A DNA stretch of 63,727 bases, counting the filler, from Octopus bimaculoides (taxonomy: Eukaryota), in the NCBI RefSeq assembly GCF_001194135.2. It is 7 parts of 7 records of this genome, joined end to end, with 100 filler letters (N's around TTAATTAATTAA, not from the genome) between each part and the next. Parts side by side here need not be neighbours in the genome. Positions count along the whole stretch, not along the records: positions 1 to 31,312 come from NC_068981.1; positions 31,413 to 38,470 come from NW_026320769.1; positions 38,571 to 47,140 come from NC_068983.1; 4 more parts are not named here. One strand, written 5' to 3'. The notes beneath the pieces are model-generated. The model was not told the DNA's origin and made no database searches. It saw only the letters and a list, made by a program, of their open reading frames with translations. This document shows, piece after piece, positions 26,322 to 38,791 of the stretch (the stretch's first letter is position 1; every line of letters begins with the position of its first letter). Made by a program: the position numbers and the translations under genes.

Positions 26322-27028
26322 AAGAGAGAGGCGGCACCCTACGGAATCCAATACTTCACTACGACTTTGTCGCCCCGGGAAGAATGAAAGGTTAAGTTGA
26401 CCCGGGTGAGATTTGAAACCAGAATGTTAATAACAAAAAGAAAAAAGAAACAAAAAAAGAAACAAAAAAAGAAACAGACAGGACAAATATCGCGATGCCT
26501 TAATGACCCGATGTTCTAACGGTTCTGCTAATTCTGCAGAAATAAGAATTCTTTCTTGAAACGTATTTGCATTGACATATATACACACATACATGCATAG
26601 CGGTTCGGCAAATACATCGATAGAATAAGTAGAAAGCTGAATAAATAAATAAATAAATAAATACGGAGGTTCATTCATTCGATTATAACATTCTTCAAGT
26701 CGTTGCCCTAGAATGGCCGCAGTCTAATGACTGACACAAGATTATATANNNNNNNNNNNNNNNNNNNNNNNNNNNNNNNNNNNNNNNNNNNNNNNNNNNN
26801 NNNNNNNNNNNNNNNNNNNNNNNNNNNNNNNNNNNNNNNNNNNNNNNNNNNNNNNNNNNNNNNNNNNNNNNNNNNNNNNNNNNNNNNNNNNNNNNNNNNN
26901 NNNNNNNNNNNNNNNNNNNNNNNNNNNNNNNNNNNNNNNNNNNNNNNNNNNNNNNNNNNNNNNNNNNNNNNNNNNNNNNNNNNNNNNNNNNNNNNNNNNN
27001 NNNNNNNNNNNNNNNNATATATATATAC

Positions 27029-27113
<85 letters not shown>

Positions 27114-27624
27114 GTCAATCCAAACAAGAACAAGCAAGGAAAAAACAACAACGCGAGGACATGGAATAAGTATTGTGTTTTGGAAGCTCAGGAAAGGAAA
27201 GAAAAAGAAAAGAGGATATATGTATATTTACACACATACATATATACATACACACGTATATACACACACGTACATACACAGAAGCGAAAATGCTGGCCTC
27301 ATTGTTAGTGACATGGAGGTATTTGTAGAGAATTGCATCCATCATGTGCAAGCGATCATTTCTCGCACACGTCCTCTGCAGCTGCTGATGGAGAAGTCAA
27401 AAATGTGCAACTGCAGTGGAATCATTGATTCTTTCACAACATGACGTAGACAGATGGAAACAGTCAACACGTATTTAACACCATTTGCATCTCGTCAAAT
27501 AGCGATGTCTGACTGTTTTATTCACTTCGCAAACATATAACATATTTTCAAACAATTTTACACGAGCGCTGCAAGGAATTTCTATAGGATCACTTAACCT
27601 GGTAGAAAGAGCAGCTAAACAACC

Positions 27625-27990
27625 GCGCGTGGCTGTGTGGTAAGAAGTTTGCTTCGCAACCACATGGTTCCTGGTTCAGTCCCACTGCGTGGCACCTTCT
27701 GGAAGTGTCTTCTACTATAGCCTCGGGCTGACCAAAGCGTTGTGAGTGGATTTGGTAGACGGAAACTGAAAGAACCCCGTCGTATGTGTGTGAGTTTATT
27801 CCTCACCACTGCTTGACAATCTGCGTTGGTATATTTACGTCCCGTAAGTTAACAATTCGGCAAAAATGACCGATAGAATAACTACCAGGCTTAAAAACAT
27901 AGAAGTGGTGTCGTTTCATTCGACAAAAAATTCTTCAAGGTGATGCCCCAGCATGGCCGTATTCTAATGGTTGAAATAAGTAAAAAAGAA
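27625..27990 (+). mobile_element. SINE family A, near full length
   Basis: GTGGCTGTGTGGTAAG...GGTTCAGTCCCACTGCGTGGCACC...GGATTTGGTAGACGGAAACTG; colinear with 61856-62166. Confidence 0.9.
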
Positions 27991-28443
27991 AAGAAAAAAG
28001 AAAAGCTACGACATATTTTCACACAATTTTATACGAGCGATATAAGGAACTTCTACAACGTCACGTAACCTGGTAGAAAGAGCAGCTAAATTACCCTCCT
28101 ATTGCGGCTTACCAGATTTAGAACAGGACACATTTGATAAATGTGGTTTTGGGCGTATTGAATTTAGGAAGAAAAGGGGACAGTATTGCCTGTTTTCCAT
28201 GTAGAGAATATCCAGGTTTACTTCGTCGTCCGCTCCCATCCCCTTAAGATATTTGCCACTCTACCTTTTGCATTTCCAGTCTTCGTACGATAAATCGGAA
28301 ACAGAAAACGACGAAGTCCGTTAATATTTTATCGTCACAACACTTAGTTTCGCTATAAAATGGTTCTTCGTGTAATGTTTCCGACACTATTTTCTTATCT
28401 CGCAATAACAGAGGCAGAATCATTGCTGCTGCTGCTGCTGCTG

Positions 28444-28485
<42 letters not shown>

Positions 28486-28829
28486 GTGCGTGCACACTCA
28501 TTTTCCTGCAATTCCACCAACCATTCCCAGCCACCAAAATGCACTCAACAAAGTTGAATGAGTAGATAACGTTTAAGGTTTTTGTCTAAACCGGAAGTAA
28601 GTATTTTGGTGGAGCGATGTAATCAGAGAGAAATAGAGCAAATAGTCAAAGAAATATTGGCACTGGAAGCAATAAGAAGCCATACTTTTCGATATCGAAG
28701 AACCAAACGTTTACATGAGGTCATCAATATCTCCAGACGTACGCAAGACTTTCGCATGCGTCCATAATTAACAATTGAAATATGTGTGTGCGTATATGTT
28801 ACTTTCTGTGCGTGCATATTATCATATAT

Positions 28830-28867
<38 letters not shown>

Positions 28868-29300
28868 GGTAACAAACGCATACGCGAATGCATGCCAAAT
28901 TTTTATGGATAAACCCCGCCGCATTCTAATGGGCGATTACTATTCTCTATGCCTGCAAAAAGTAAAAGAAAAGATTTCCGCTCTCTAATTCTTTATTAAT
29001 TATCGTCACATTAATCATCTCCTCGTCTCTTTCGCAATTATAAGCTCATTCGATCTTTAATGGCCAATTTTCTCTCATTTATATATTTATATTTGCCAAT
29101 ATATTTATATATATATATCCATTTATTTGTATATTTATTAAGGTATTGACTAATTTCTGCTGTTCAGTGAAAGAATGTCTGCTTCGCTCCTCCGTTCTTC
29201 TTGCAAGTAATTTCCGAAGTCCATTTCGGGGTTAAGCAAGTTCAATTAAGCCAATTCAGGATACATATTTCAGCCAATACTCGATGAATCACAACTTGTT

Positions 29301-29371
<71 letters not shown>

Positions 29372-29571
29372 GTGTATATATATATATACATACAGAGAGA
29401 GAGGGGGAGANNNNNNNNNNNNNNNNNNNNNNNNNNNNNNNNNNNNNNNNNNNNNNNNNNNNNNNNNNNNNNNNNNNNNNNNNNNNNNNNNNNNNNNNNN
29501 NNNNNNNNNGTTTATCCATTTACAATCTTTAGTTTGATAGACAGATAAAAGTGGCTGGAAAAAAAAAGATG

Positions 29572-29639
<68 letters not shown>

Positions 29640-29765
29640 AAGAAGAAGAAGAAGAAGAAGAAGAAGAAGGTGATGATGGTGTTGATGGTGATGATGGTGG
29701 TGGTGATGATGATGGTGGTGGTGATGATTGTGATGATGATTGTGATGATGATGGTGATGACGGTG
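29572..29765. repeat. Compound trinucleotide array (AAT)n(GAA)n(GAT/GGT)n
   Basis: Directly visible; source of the poly-S/Y/F/L/I ORFs. Confidence 0.95.
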
Positions 29766-30603
29766 ACGCCGATGATGCCAACGTCAGCACTATCAATCCC
29801 CATCATCTTATTTATGATGCTAAATATACGATGATTTTTTTTTAAATAACTGCGTTGTCGATGATGGTTCTGATGATGATGATGATGATGATGCCGGCAA
29901 CAAGAAGACCTCACAGAAAAGAGCACAAACCAAACAGATTGTTGAATATTTCTGTCGGGGATCAACCTTTTAGTCTTTACTTATGTTTAGTGCACGCCCC
30001 CCCTCTCTCTCTGCCATTTATCTCTTGGGAAAGGGATCTTTACTCCGAAATTTCGAAATATATCCAGCAAAGTGCTGTTGTGTCATCTTTAGTTCCGCCG
30101 TCTCTCCTTTCTTTCAAATTTGCATTGTTTTGGCTTTTAAACAATTTTAACATCAAACATCACATTCGAGACTACACTTACGCTAAACACACCTGCATGC
30201 GTTACATCTACCTGTATGTGTCTGTGCGCGCACATATACACGTACATAAAATGTGTGCATTATGTATGAGTGTATATATATATATATATATATAGGTGTG
30301 TGTGTGTGTGTATGTGTGTATGTATATATGTATGTGTGTCTGCATGTACGTTTGTGCACACATAAATATTAAGTACACACAGACATATACACATTCCAAC
30401 AGGTTTGAAAACCTTTCAAAGTATGAATGCATTTACATCCGACATAAAGCTAAAAGTTATATTTTATGTTTGTGGAAGACGTGAGAAAGGAACAACATTC
30501 GCCATGATGTTAGCAACAGGTAGACGCCCACCATCATCTACATACGCGCATATATATATATATGCGGGAGTATATATGTATGTGTGTACATCATGTATGT
30601 GTC

Positions 30604-30649
<46 letters not shown>

Positions 30650-31312
30650 CATATAGACACACACGCACACACAGAGGGAGACAGAGAGGTAGAGAGAGAG
30701 AGAGGTTGCACGTGTAAAACAGGTAACTTCATTAACGTCCTTTCAAACAAACTATTGTAAAGAGATTCCTCTGAGACTTTCGTTGTAGGTCAATAATGAA
30801 TATTTGTTGAAGACAAGAGACGATGCCTTAATATAAATTTTTTTTAAAAAAAAGAAAAAGAAAGAGAAACATGTTAACAAACAAACGAGAGAAAAAAGGA
30901 AAAGAAAAAGAGTATATTCGGAGAGTAAGATAAAATAGGAGGAGAGTAAGGGGAGGTGGAGGAGGAAGACGTGCAACAGCAGCGCTGCATAGAAAAGAAA
31001 AGGGGTATATACAAGTGATTAAAAAGAAATTTCAAACTTGACAAGATGCATTCAACGCGTATAGAAATATTTGAATAGAAGCTGGAATTGATGGTGGATG
31101 GAGGAAGAGAGGTTACCGACAGAAAGATGGCGGAAAATGGAGAAAGAAATGGAAACATGAATAAACGAGAAAATGGAATAAAATTATATGAAATGGTGGG
31201 TGCAGGGTGGGGTTGAGGGTGCATAGGCATATACATACATACATACATACATACGTACATACATACGTACATACATATACATCTATACAGATACATATAT
31301 ACATACATCTAT

Positions 31313-31412
31313 NNNNNNNNNNNNNNNNNNNNNNNNNNNNNNNNNNNNNNNNNNNNTTAATTAATTAANNNNNNNNNNNNNNNNNNNNNNNNNNNNNNNN
31401 NNNNNNNNNNNN
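31313..31412. other. Artificial 100-nt scaffold spacer (44 N + TTAATTAATTAA + 44 N); same at 38471-38570, 47141-47240, 53392-53491, 59395-59494 and 62167-62266
   Basis: Identical geometry six times; not biological sequence. Confidence 0.95.
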
Positions 31413-32346
31413 AAGAAATTAAAACTTTATTTATGGTCTAACTCTATACAAGTTGTAGAATGATTCAAATTGATTAAGGATAAGGAAAATGTGAAATTTA
31501 TTCAATTTGATATTGCAAATTTTTACTCAACGACTAATCCTATCATACTTAACAAAGCATTGTGGTTTGCACATAATAAGGCAGGACTTAGAAGGGATGA
31601 ATGAGATCAATGTGATATTAGCAGCTAGAAAATCATTTATTAAGTTCAATAATAAAATTTGGATTCGCAAAGATACTCCGGACACAGACTAGCCAGGTTT
31701 TTTCGCAGAATGGGAATGCATATAATTTTTGAGGATGATATATCATTAGCTAATTTTTTAGATATAACATTGGACCTACATAATAAAACATATAGACCAT
31801 ACCATAAGCCTTCTAGTAATCTGAAGTACATCAGTAAGTTTAGTAATCACCCTAGATCAATAACGGATAATTTGGTAAAGAATATATCGCTAAGATTATC
31901 AAACCTATCGGCAAACGCCAATTTTTTCGAAAATGAGGCAAAGTTCTATAACTCTGCCTTATCTAGAGCGGGCTATAAAGATAAGGTATACTATATTAAA
32001 CCAGACTCTGATTCCCCTAAGGCAGGTAAAAATATTAACAATATTAATAATAATAATATTAACATCGTAAGAAAGAATAGAGGTAAACCACAATACCCTA
32101 GACATGAACCCAATTGTGACAGGAGTAGATTAAAATTCTTTAGGAATAGTAGTAATATTTATAATACTAAAAATGAGGATAATATATGGTTCGTTATTCC
32201 ATTTGGTAAACAAATTAAGTCTAACTTAGTTACCTTGTTCAGGAATGTAGTTAGTAGAAATTTTCCAAAATTTCGCATTACTACAAAATCATAAACACAC
32301 ATAAGGTCAGATTTGGGTTTTCAAATACCAAGAATTTAACACAAAT
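31413..32346 (+). mobile_element. Penelope-like element reverse transcriptase fragment (pseudogenised; Neptune-like, tentative)
   Basis: Frames give LWSNSIQVVE*FKLIKDKENVKFIQFDIANFY...KALWFA, then EINVILAARKSF...WIRK, then NFLDITLDL...YRPYHKP...YISKFSNHP...RLSNLS...ALSRAGY...IWFVIPF. Contains stops and frameshifts, and the YRDD region is missing. Confidence 0.85.
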
Positions 32347-33401
32347 NNNNNNNNNNNNNNNNNNNNNNNNNNNNNNNNNNNNNNNNNNNNNNNNNNNNNN
32401 NNNNNNNNNNNNNNNNNNNNNNNNNNNNNNNNNNNNNNNNNNNNNNNNNNNNNNNNNNNNNNNNNNNNNNNNNNNNNNNNNNNNNNNNNNNNNNNNNNNN
32501 NNNNNNNNNNNNNNNNNNNNNNNNNNNNNNNNNNNNNNNNNNNNNNNNNNNNNNNNNNNNNNNNNNNNNNNNNNNNNNNNNNNNNNNNNNNNNNNNNNNN
32601 NNNNNNNNNNNNNNNNNNNNNNNNNNNNNNNNNNNNNNNNNNNNNNNNNNNNNNNNNNNNNNNNNNNNNNNNNNNNNNNNNNNNNNNNNNNNNNNNNNNN
32701 NNNNNNNNNNNNNNNNNNNNNNNNNNNNNNNNNNNNNNNNNNNNNNNNNNNNNNNNNNNNNNNNNNNNNNNNNNNNNNNNNNNNNNNNNNNNNNNNNNNN
32801 NNNNNNNNNNNNNNNNNNNNNNNNNNNNNNNNNNNNNNNNNNNNNNNNNNNNNNNNNNNNNNNNNNNNNNNNNNNNNNNNNNNNNNNNNNNNNNNNNNNN
32901 NNNNNNNNNNNNNNNNNNNNNNNNNNNNNNNNNNNNNNNNNNNNNNNNNNNNNNNNNNNNNNNNNNNNNNNNNNNNNNNNNNNNNNNNNNNNNNNNNNNN
33001 NNNNNNNNNNNNNNNNNNNNNNNNNNNNNNNNNNNNNNNNNNNNNNNNNNNNNNNNNNNNNNNNNNNNNNNNNNNNNNNNNNNNNNNNNNNNNNNNNNNN
33101 NNNNNNNNNNNNNNNNNNNNNNNNNNNNNNNNNNNNNNNNNNNNNNNNNNNNNNNNNNNNNNNNNNNNNNNNNNNNNNNNNNNNNNNNNNNNNNNNNNNN
33201 NNNNNNNNNNNNNNNNNNNNNNNNNNNNNNNNNNNNNNNNNNNNNNNNNNNNNNNNNNNNNNNTAAATCCCTTCATTTATTAATATTGTAATTTAATTTC
33301 ACTACTAAGTTAATGTAATGTTTATTTAAATTTTTGATTGGTGCAATTTGAATGTAACCTAATTTATTCTATTTTATAATTTATGATTTATAATTTCTTA
33401 A

Positions 33402-34350
33402 TTATCTTGATTACATATCCTTAAATTGTCTCAAAAATATTTAAACTTAAAAATAAATATAATGATTTGAGTGAATTAAAAATAAATATAATGATTTGGA
33501 GTGAATTATTTAGTTTGTAAATATATATTATTTTGCTAGATTTACCTCTCTTTGATCATGAATTTTTATTTTCATTTTATTTCTGTTATGATTTATTATA
33601 GATAAGTTTTTTTCATTCGTTTTAGGTTATTTGCCTTCTTCTCAAACATCTAATATTTTATTTGATGTAATAGCGTCGTATGCCTGTAGCTACTTAACAT
33701 CCTAGCTTAATATCTTAGGTTATTTTACTTAGTAACCTGCCTTGGAGGGATTAGTTAAATCCATACAATGATATTAATTTAACATGGATTACGTTTATTT
33801 TCATAGAAACTTTTTCTATACTTACACTTATGAGTTTTGATCTTAGTTACTTGATTTATCATTTATAATTCTATGTGAGTTATTACCGAAGGCATCATAA
33901 TAATTGTTTACTTTTTACCTTATCGATTAAATCCATTCCTTCATTAACATTGTATTTGAATTCCACTAATTTATCTTATTTTATAATTTATTTTATAATT
34001 TATTTTATAATTTTATAATTTATAATTTATATTTTATAATTTATCTTGTTTACATATCCTTAAAACAAGTCTCATAACTATTCTAAACTTAAAAATAAAT
34101 ATAATTATTTGATATGATTATTCACAATTCAGTGAATTATGTAAATCAAAAAATATTATTTACTAGATTTACCTCTCTTTGACCATCAATTTATTCATTC
34201 ATTTATTTATTTTTTAATTAAGATATATAACAGATAATTTTTCTTTCTTCGTTTTATTTACTTTCAAAAGTCCAACGATTTTTATTGAATTTTGCTTGTC
34301 GCTACTTAACATCCTAGGTTAATATCCTAAGTTAACAACTCTACTTAGTT
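33402..34350. repeat. Imperfect AT-rich direct repeat, about 330-bp homologous blocks about 640 bp apart
   Basis: TTATCTTG.TTACATATCCTTAAA at 33402 and 34041; CTAGATTTACCTCTCTTTGA and GCTACTTAACATCCTAG each occur twice in register. Confidence 0.8.
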
Positions 34351-34724
34351 ACTTTACTATATAACGGTTTTCTTAACCGATATTGTAAGCAGTTTCAATA
34401 TGTTCATGTCGTTACAACCTGATTATAACTTTTTTATATACACGTAATTTAAGTACAACTAATTATGTTGTCTGTTGTAAATTAATGTAACTTGATTGCT
34501 TCACTGAAAGGTTGGTTGTTTTGCTTTGCTTGCTGTTGTTATTGTTGTAAATTGTGTTTGCTTGTTCCCGAAAGGGTGACTTTGTTTTCATTTTATTTGT
34601 ACTGTGAACTGTGATCCTCCCCCTTCGGGGGAAGGAATATTGTACTTAACGGAACTGTGTTGGTGTTAAGCCAAACTATTATCTTTCCGTTAGACGGAAT
34701 TGTGTTGTGTTCCAAAAAAAGGAA

Positions 34725-36795
34725 ATGGCTTCTATGGAGGTCCAAAATAGTATGAATTTTGCAGCGGCCGTCAGCGGTCGTGAAATGATTCAATTTGAAA
34801 TTGAGGAAATACAGACTTTTTACGGGATGAGGATCTATTTTAAAACGGGGGCCACAGTATTTTCTTAACGAAACACTTTGAAACTTGGAACACTGGTAGA
34901 ATGTGTCATATAAAACATCTTTTTCTCTTAGTCTTCTTAAAAAAAAAAGAAATCCCTAAGTTATTCCATGTTAAAGTTGTCGTATTTCTGTAATTTCAAC
35001 CAATCAGTGACGTCCATTCAGCCGATATACATTAAGTGCCGACTACATAAACAAACGATTCTGAAACAATTCTATCGGTGATAAAATTATTATTTCCTTG
35101 TCAAAAAATTGCTGAAGCATATTGGCAGTAGCTAATAAACCTTTCTATTATAGGCTAACCCTAACCTTAGGGTTAGGGTTAGGATAAAACAGCAAATTTA
35201 AAAAGAAAAAAGCAAATAAANNNNNNNNNNNNNNNNNNNNNNNNNNNNNNNNNNNNNNNNNNNNNNNNNNNNNNNNNNNNNNNNNNNNNNNNNNNNNNNN
35301 NNNNNNNNNNNNNNNNNNNNNNNNNNNNNNNNNNNNNNNNNNNNNNNNNNNNNNNNNNNNNNNNNNNNNNNNNNNNNNNNNNNNNNNNNNNNNNNNNNNN
35401 NNNNNNNNNNNNNNNNNNNNNNNNNNNNNNNNNNNNNNNNNNNNNNNNNNNNNNNNNNNNNNNNNNNNNNNNNNNNNNNNNNNNNNNNNNNNNNNNNNNN
35501 NNNNNNNNNNNNNNNNNNNNNNNNNNNNNNNNNNNNNNNNNNNNNNNNNNNNNNNNNNNNNNNNNNNNNNNNNNNNNNNNNNNNNNNNNNNNNNNNNNNN
35601 NNNNNNNNNNNNNNNNNNNNNNNNNNNNNNNNNNNNNNNNNNNNNNNNNNNNNNNNNNNNNNNNNNNNNNNNNNNNNNNNNNNNNNNNNNNNNNNNNNNN
35701 NNNNNNNNNNNNNNNNNNNNNNNNNNNNNNNNNNNNNNNNNNNNNNNNNATACCTGGGACGGAGAACGTCCAGGATTAAAATTAAGAACATCCTCCCTGA
35801 ATCAGAGGTAGGGTGGATTTTGGCCACCCTCCATTGCAAAAGAGAGGAGAAAATCAAGATAATACAGATAACACGAGACGGTCCACAACATTGGCGAGGC
35901 CAGACCCTGGAGATTCTGGCCCAAGCCACAAGCATCGACCTTGAGGATTTACCTGAAATTATTGTAATGGATGACATGAACATCTCTATTCACGTCGAAG
36001 GGAGAAAACCAAGGTGCTACAAGTGCGGCAAGAAAGGCCACATAAAAGAGAAGTTCCCCGAAAACAACAAAGCAGATCAACCCACCTCTGTTCCCTCCAC
36101 CTCCAAGGAAGATACCCCCAAAGGACAAAAAACAGAATCCCCAAAACCTGAAGCAAAAAAGGATGTACCCGAAAACAATAGAAAAACCAAAGAAAGTGCT
36201 GCCTCAGATACAGAGGTTGCAGGAAAAAACGCACCTACCAAAGAGGGTGAACTCCCAGCCAAGGAGGCTGTTACCAGGAGTTCACCCCACCAAGCGGTAA
36301 CACACGTAAGAGAGGAGTACATTACGGATAGTGAAGAAGAAAAAATTGTGACTACAGACGATTATAAAGTGTGCTCTAGGAAGAGACCAAAAAAACTGAT
36401 TCTCCGAAAAAAGTTCGAGCTAAAATACCCAAGCCCTCTAACACAGAAAAGAAAAAAAGAAAATGTCCTTCACAAGCATACCCATAAACATCCTCAAATC
36501 CGGTGATTTAGTAAGAGCGGCTTACAAAGCCAAGAACATTTATTTAGATGGGGTCATTAGACCCCATCGAGACTCCCTAGTTTATAGAAATGACTACGAT
36601 CAAAGCCCTTTCATAATAGCAAAAATTGCTAGAACATTATTTTTCAACATGTTGAAACTACATCCTAAAGACATATATTTATTAAAAAATCTAAAAAAGG
36701 TGTTCGACCTGCCGGTGGAACCATTCTTAGACAAAAAGGAGGAGTGTAGGGGAATGGTCTCAAATGTTTTGAGAACCATTCCCCTAACAAGATAA
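34725..36795 (+). mobile_element. ORF1 of a Tx1/L1-clade LINE, interrupted and frameshifted
   Basis: MASMEVQNSMNFAAAVSGRE start at 34725; resumes after an insertion and gap at 35751 (YLGRRTSRIKIKNILP); zinc knuckle CYKCGKKGHIKEKF with the last Cys lost; C-terminal part shifts to frame 36463-36795. Confidence 0.7.
34838..35220. mobile_element. Non-coding insertion within LINE ORF1 carrying inverted telomere-like repeats (possibly HINE-like)
   Basis: ORF1 reading is lost at about 34838; CTAACCCTAACC-TT-AGGGTTAGGGTTAGG at about 35155-35183; right end hidden in the gap. Confidence 0.45.
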
Positions 36796-36828
36796 ATGAG
36801 GGTATCTTTTTTTTTTCTGTGACTCGTA

Positions 36829-38470
36829 ATGATTGCGTTGGATATTGCTTGTTTGAATGTACGTGGCCTGAACTCGAAGAGGAAGCAGGCGTGTCTTCTT
36901 GACGACCTCAGGTCACATGTTATAGATGTAATGGTTGTAACAGAGACCAAGCTGGACAAGCTGCAGACCTTCTCTGCACTCCTGAATGGCTACGAGAAAA
37001 AAAATTCTCCTAACCGGGAGAGAGGGAGCAGAGGGGTGGCTGTCTTGATTCATAAAAGCTTGGTCATGCAGGTAAGTACAATCTTCGGGGACCCAGAAGG
37101 CGAGTTGGTCGTTCTGGATCTAATATACAGTGGTAAGGCCTTCAGGCTGGTGGGTATCTACGCGCCTAGTAATGCAGGCAAACGGGTTGGCTTCTTTCAT
37201 TGCCTGGAGAATTTCCTGGTAACATCAAAGACAGTAGTGGCACTAGATGACTTCAATGCTATACTGGATGCACGCCTGGATAGCGTGGGCTCAACCGATA
37301 GAAAAGGAAACTCTTGCCTCATCGATCTGCTGAAGCGTTTCAGACTGGCAGATCGATACAGGCTTGACCACACGAACACTCCAGTGTGGACCTGGACAAG
37401 AAGTGACAGAATGGTCAGGTCTTACATAGGCAAGATAGTGGTAAGCACTAGAGATAGACACGGTTTCAGTTGTCCACAATTTACATACGTACCCTACACA
37501 GATCACAAGTTAGTGACGTGTAGGGTGATTATAGATAAGATTCATAGACAGGGATCTGGCTACTGGAAGCTGAACAAGACTTTATTGGATTGTGAGGCTT
37601 ACCGTAGCCAAGTTAAGGAGTTAGTGAAGTGGGCACTTACCGGCGCTGTTATCAACAACCGGTGGTGGAGTGCCCTCAAAAGAGCCCTTCAATTTGAGTC
37701 AATTAGATTTAGCAAACAGCTAAGTCTAGAACAGACTAGAATAGAAAGGGATTTAGTTAAGGCATTAGACGAGGCACTGAGAATGGGCTCTGCATCACAA
37801 GTGTTGGCGGCGAGATCGGCACTGGATCGACACCTCAATGCCAAACACGAAGGATGCAGAGTCCGAGCTAGGACACGTGCAATGGGCCGTGAAGGTATCA
37901 ATGTTGCTAGATGGGCTCGCTCGGAAGAAACTCGTCGTGGCATCGATGCTACAATCGGGTCTTTGATAGATGAGTCCGGACAGGAGATCCAAGGACAGGA
38001 GGAGATGTGCAAGGCCTTTCACAAGCACTTTGCCATGTTGTTCGGGAGGGGCGGGACGTTGGACCAAAGGGATGCCTTATGGCATTTTCTGGATGGTGGC
38101 CCGCATCTTTCGACTCGTGACACTGAGCGCTGCGGAGGACCAATCTCAGATAAAGAGATCAGACAGGTGCTGTCAAGAGCCCCGGGGAATTTTACAGTAG
38201 CATGCCAGACTTGGTCGGGGACACACTGGCCAGTGTGTACACGAATTGGCAGCAGAATGGGAGGATTCCCAAAGCTGTGAGCCAAGGAGTGGTGACACTG
38301 GTCAGGAAGGACCTGAGCAAGGGGGAGTACGTAAATAACTTTAGGCCCAAAACTCTGTTAAACACAGAGTTAAATATTTTGACCAAGGTGCTCGCAAAGA
38401 GAGTTAGGGTTGTCGTGGGCAACCTAATGGGGGAATCACAGACATGTGCCATCCCAGGAAAGACGATACA
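36829..38470 (+). mobile_element. ORF2 of a Tx1/L1-clade LINE: APE endonuclease and start of RT, pseudogenised and cut by a spacer
   Basis: CLNVRGLN, VTETK, IYAP, (G>D)DFNA, TDHK, GSGYWKLN motifs; after a frameshift near 38190: FRPKTLLNTELNILTKVLAKR...QTCAIPGKTI. Confidence 0.9.
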
Positions 38471-38624
38471 NNNNNNNNNNNNNNNNNNNNNNNNNNNNNN
38501 NNNNNNNNNNNNNNTTAATTAATTAANNNNNNNNNNNNNNNNNNNNNNNNNNNNNNNNNNNNNNNNNNNNATATATAATACATCTGTTTGTTGTCTACAC
38601 CACCTGCTGTCTTCATCATATATA

Positions 38625-38776
38625 TCATCATCATCATCATCATCATCGTTTAACGTCCGCTTTCCATGCTAGCATGGGTTGGACGATTTGACTGAGGACT
38701 GGTGAAACCGGATGGCAACACCAGGCTCCAGTCTGATTTGGCAGAGTTTCTACAGCTGGATGCCCTTCCTAACGCC
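38625..38776 (-). mobile_element. 3' part of a SINE with V-domain-like motif and (GAT)n tail, family V
   Basis: Minus strand GGCGTTAGGAAGGGCATCCAGCTGTAGAAA...GGACGTTAAACGATGATGATG; near-identical to 47006-47140. Confidence 0.75.
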
Positions 38777-38791
38777 ATATATATATATATA

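Noticed and set aside
31357-31368. Recurrent palindrome TTAATTAATTAA (six occurrences)
   Set aside because: Always centred between two 44-N runs totalling 100 nt; an assembly spacer, not a biological motif.
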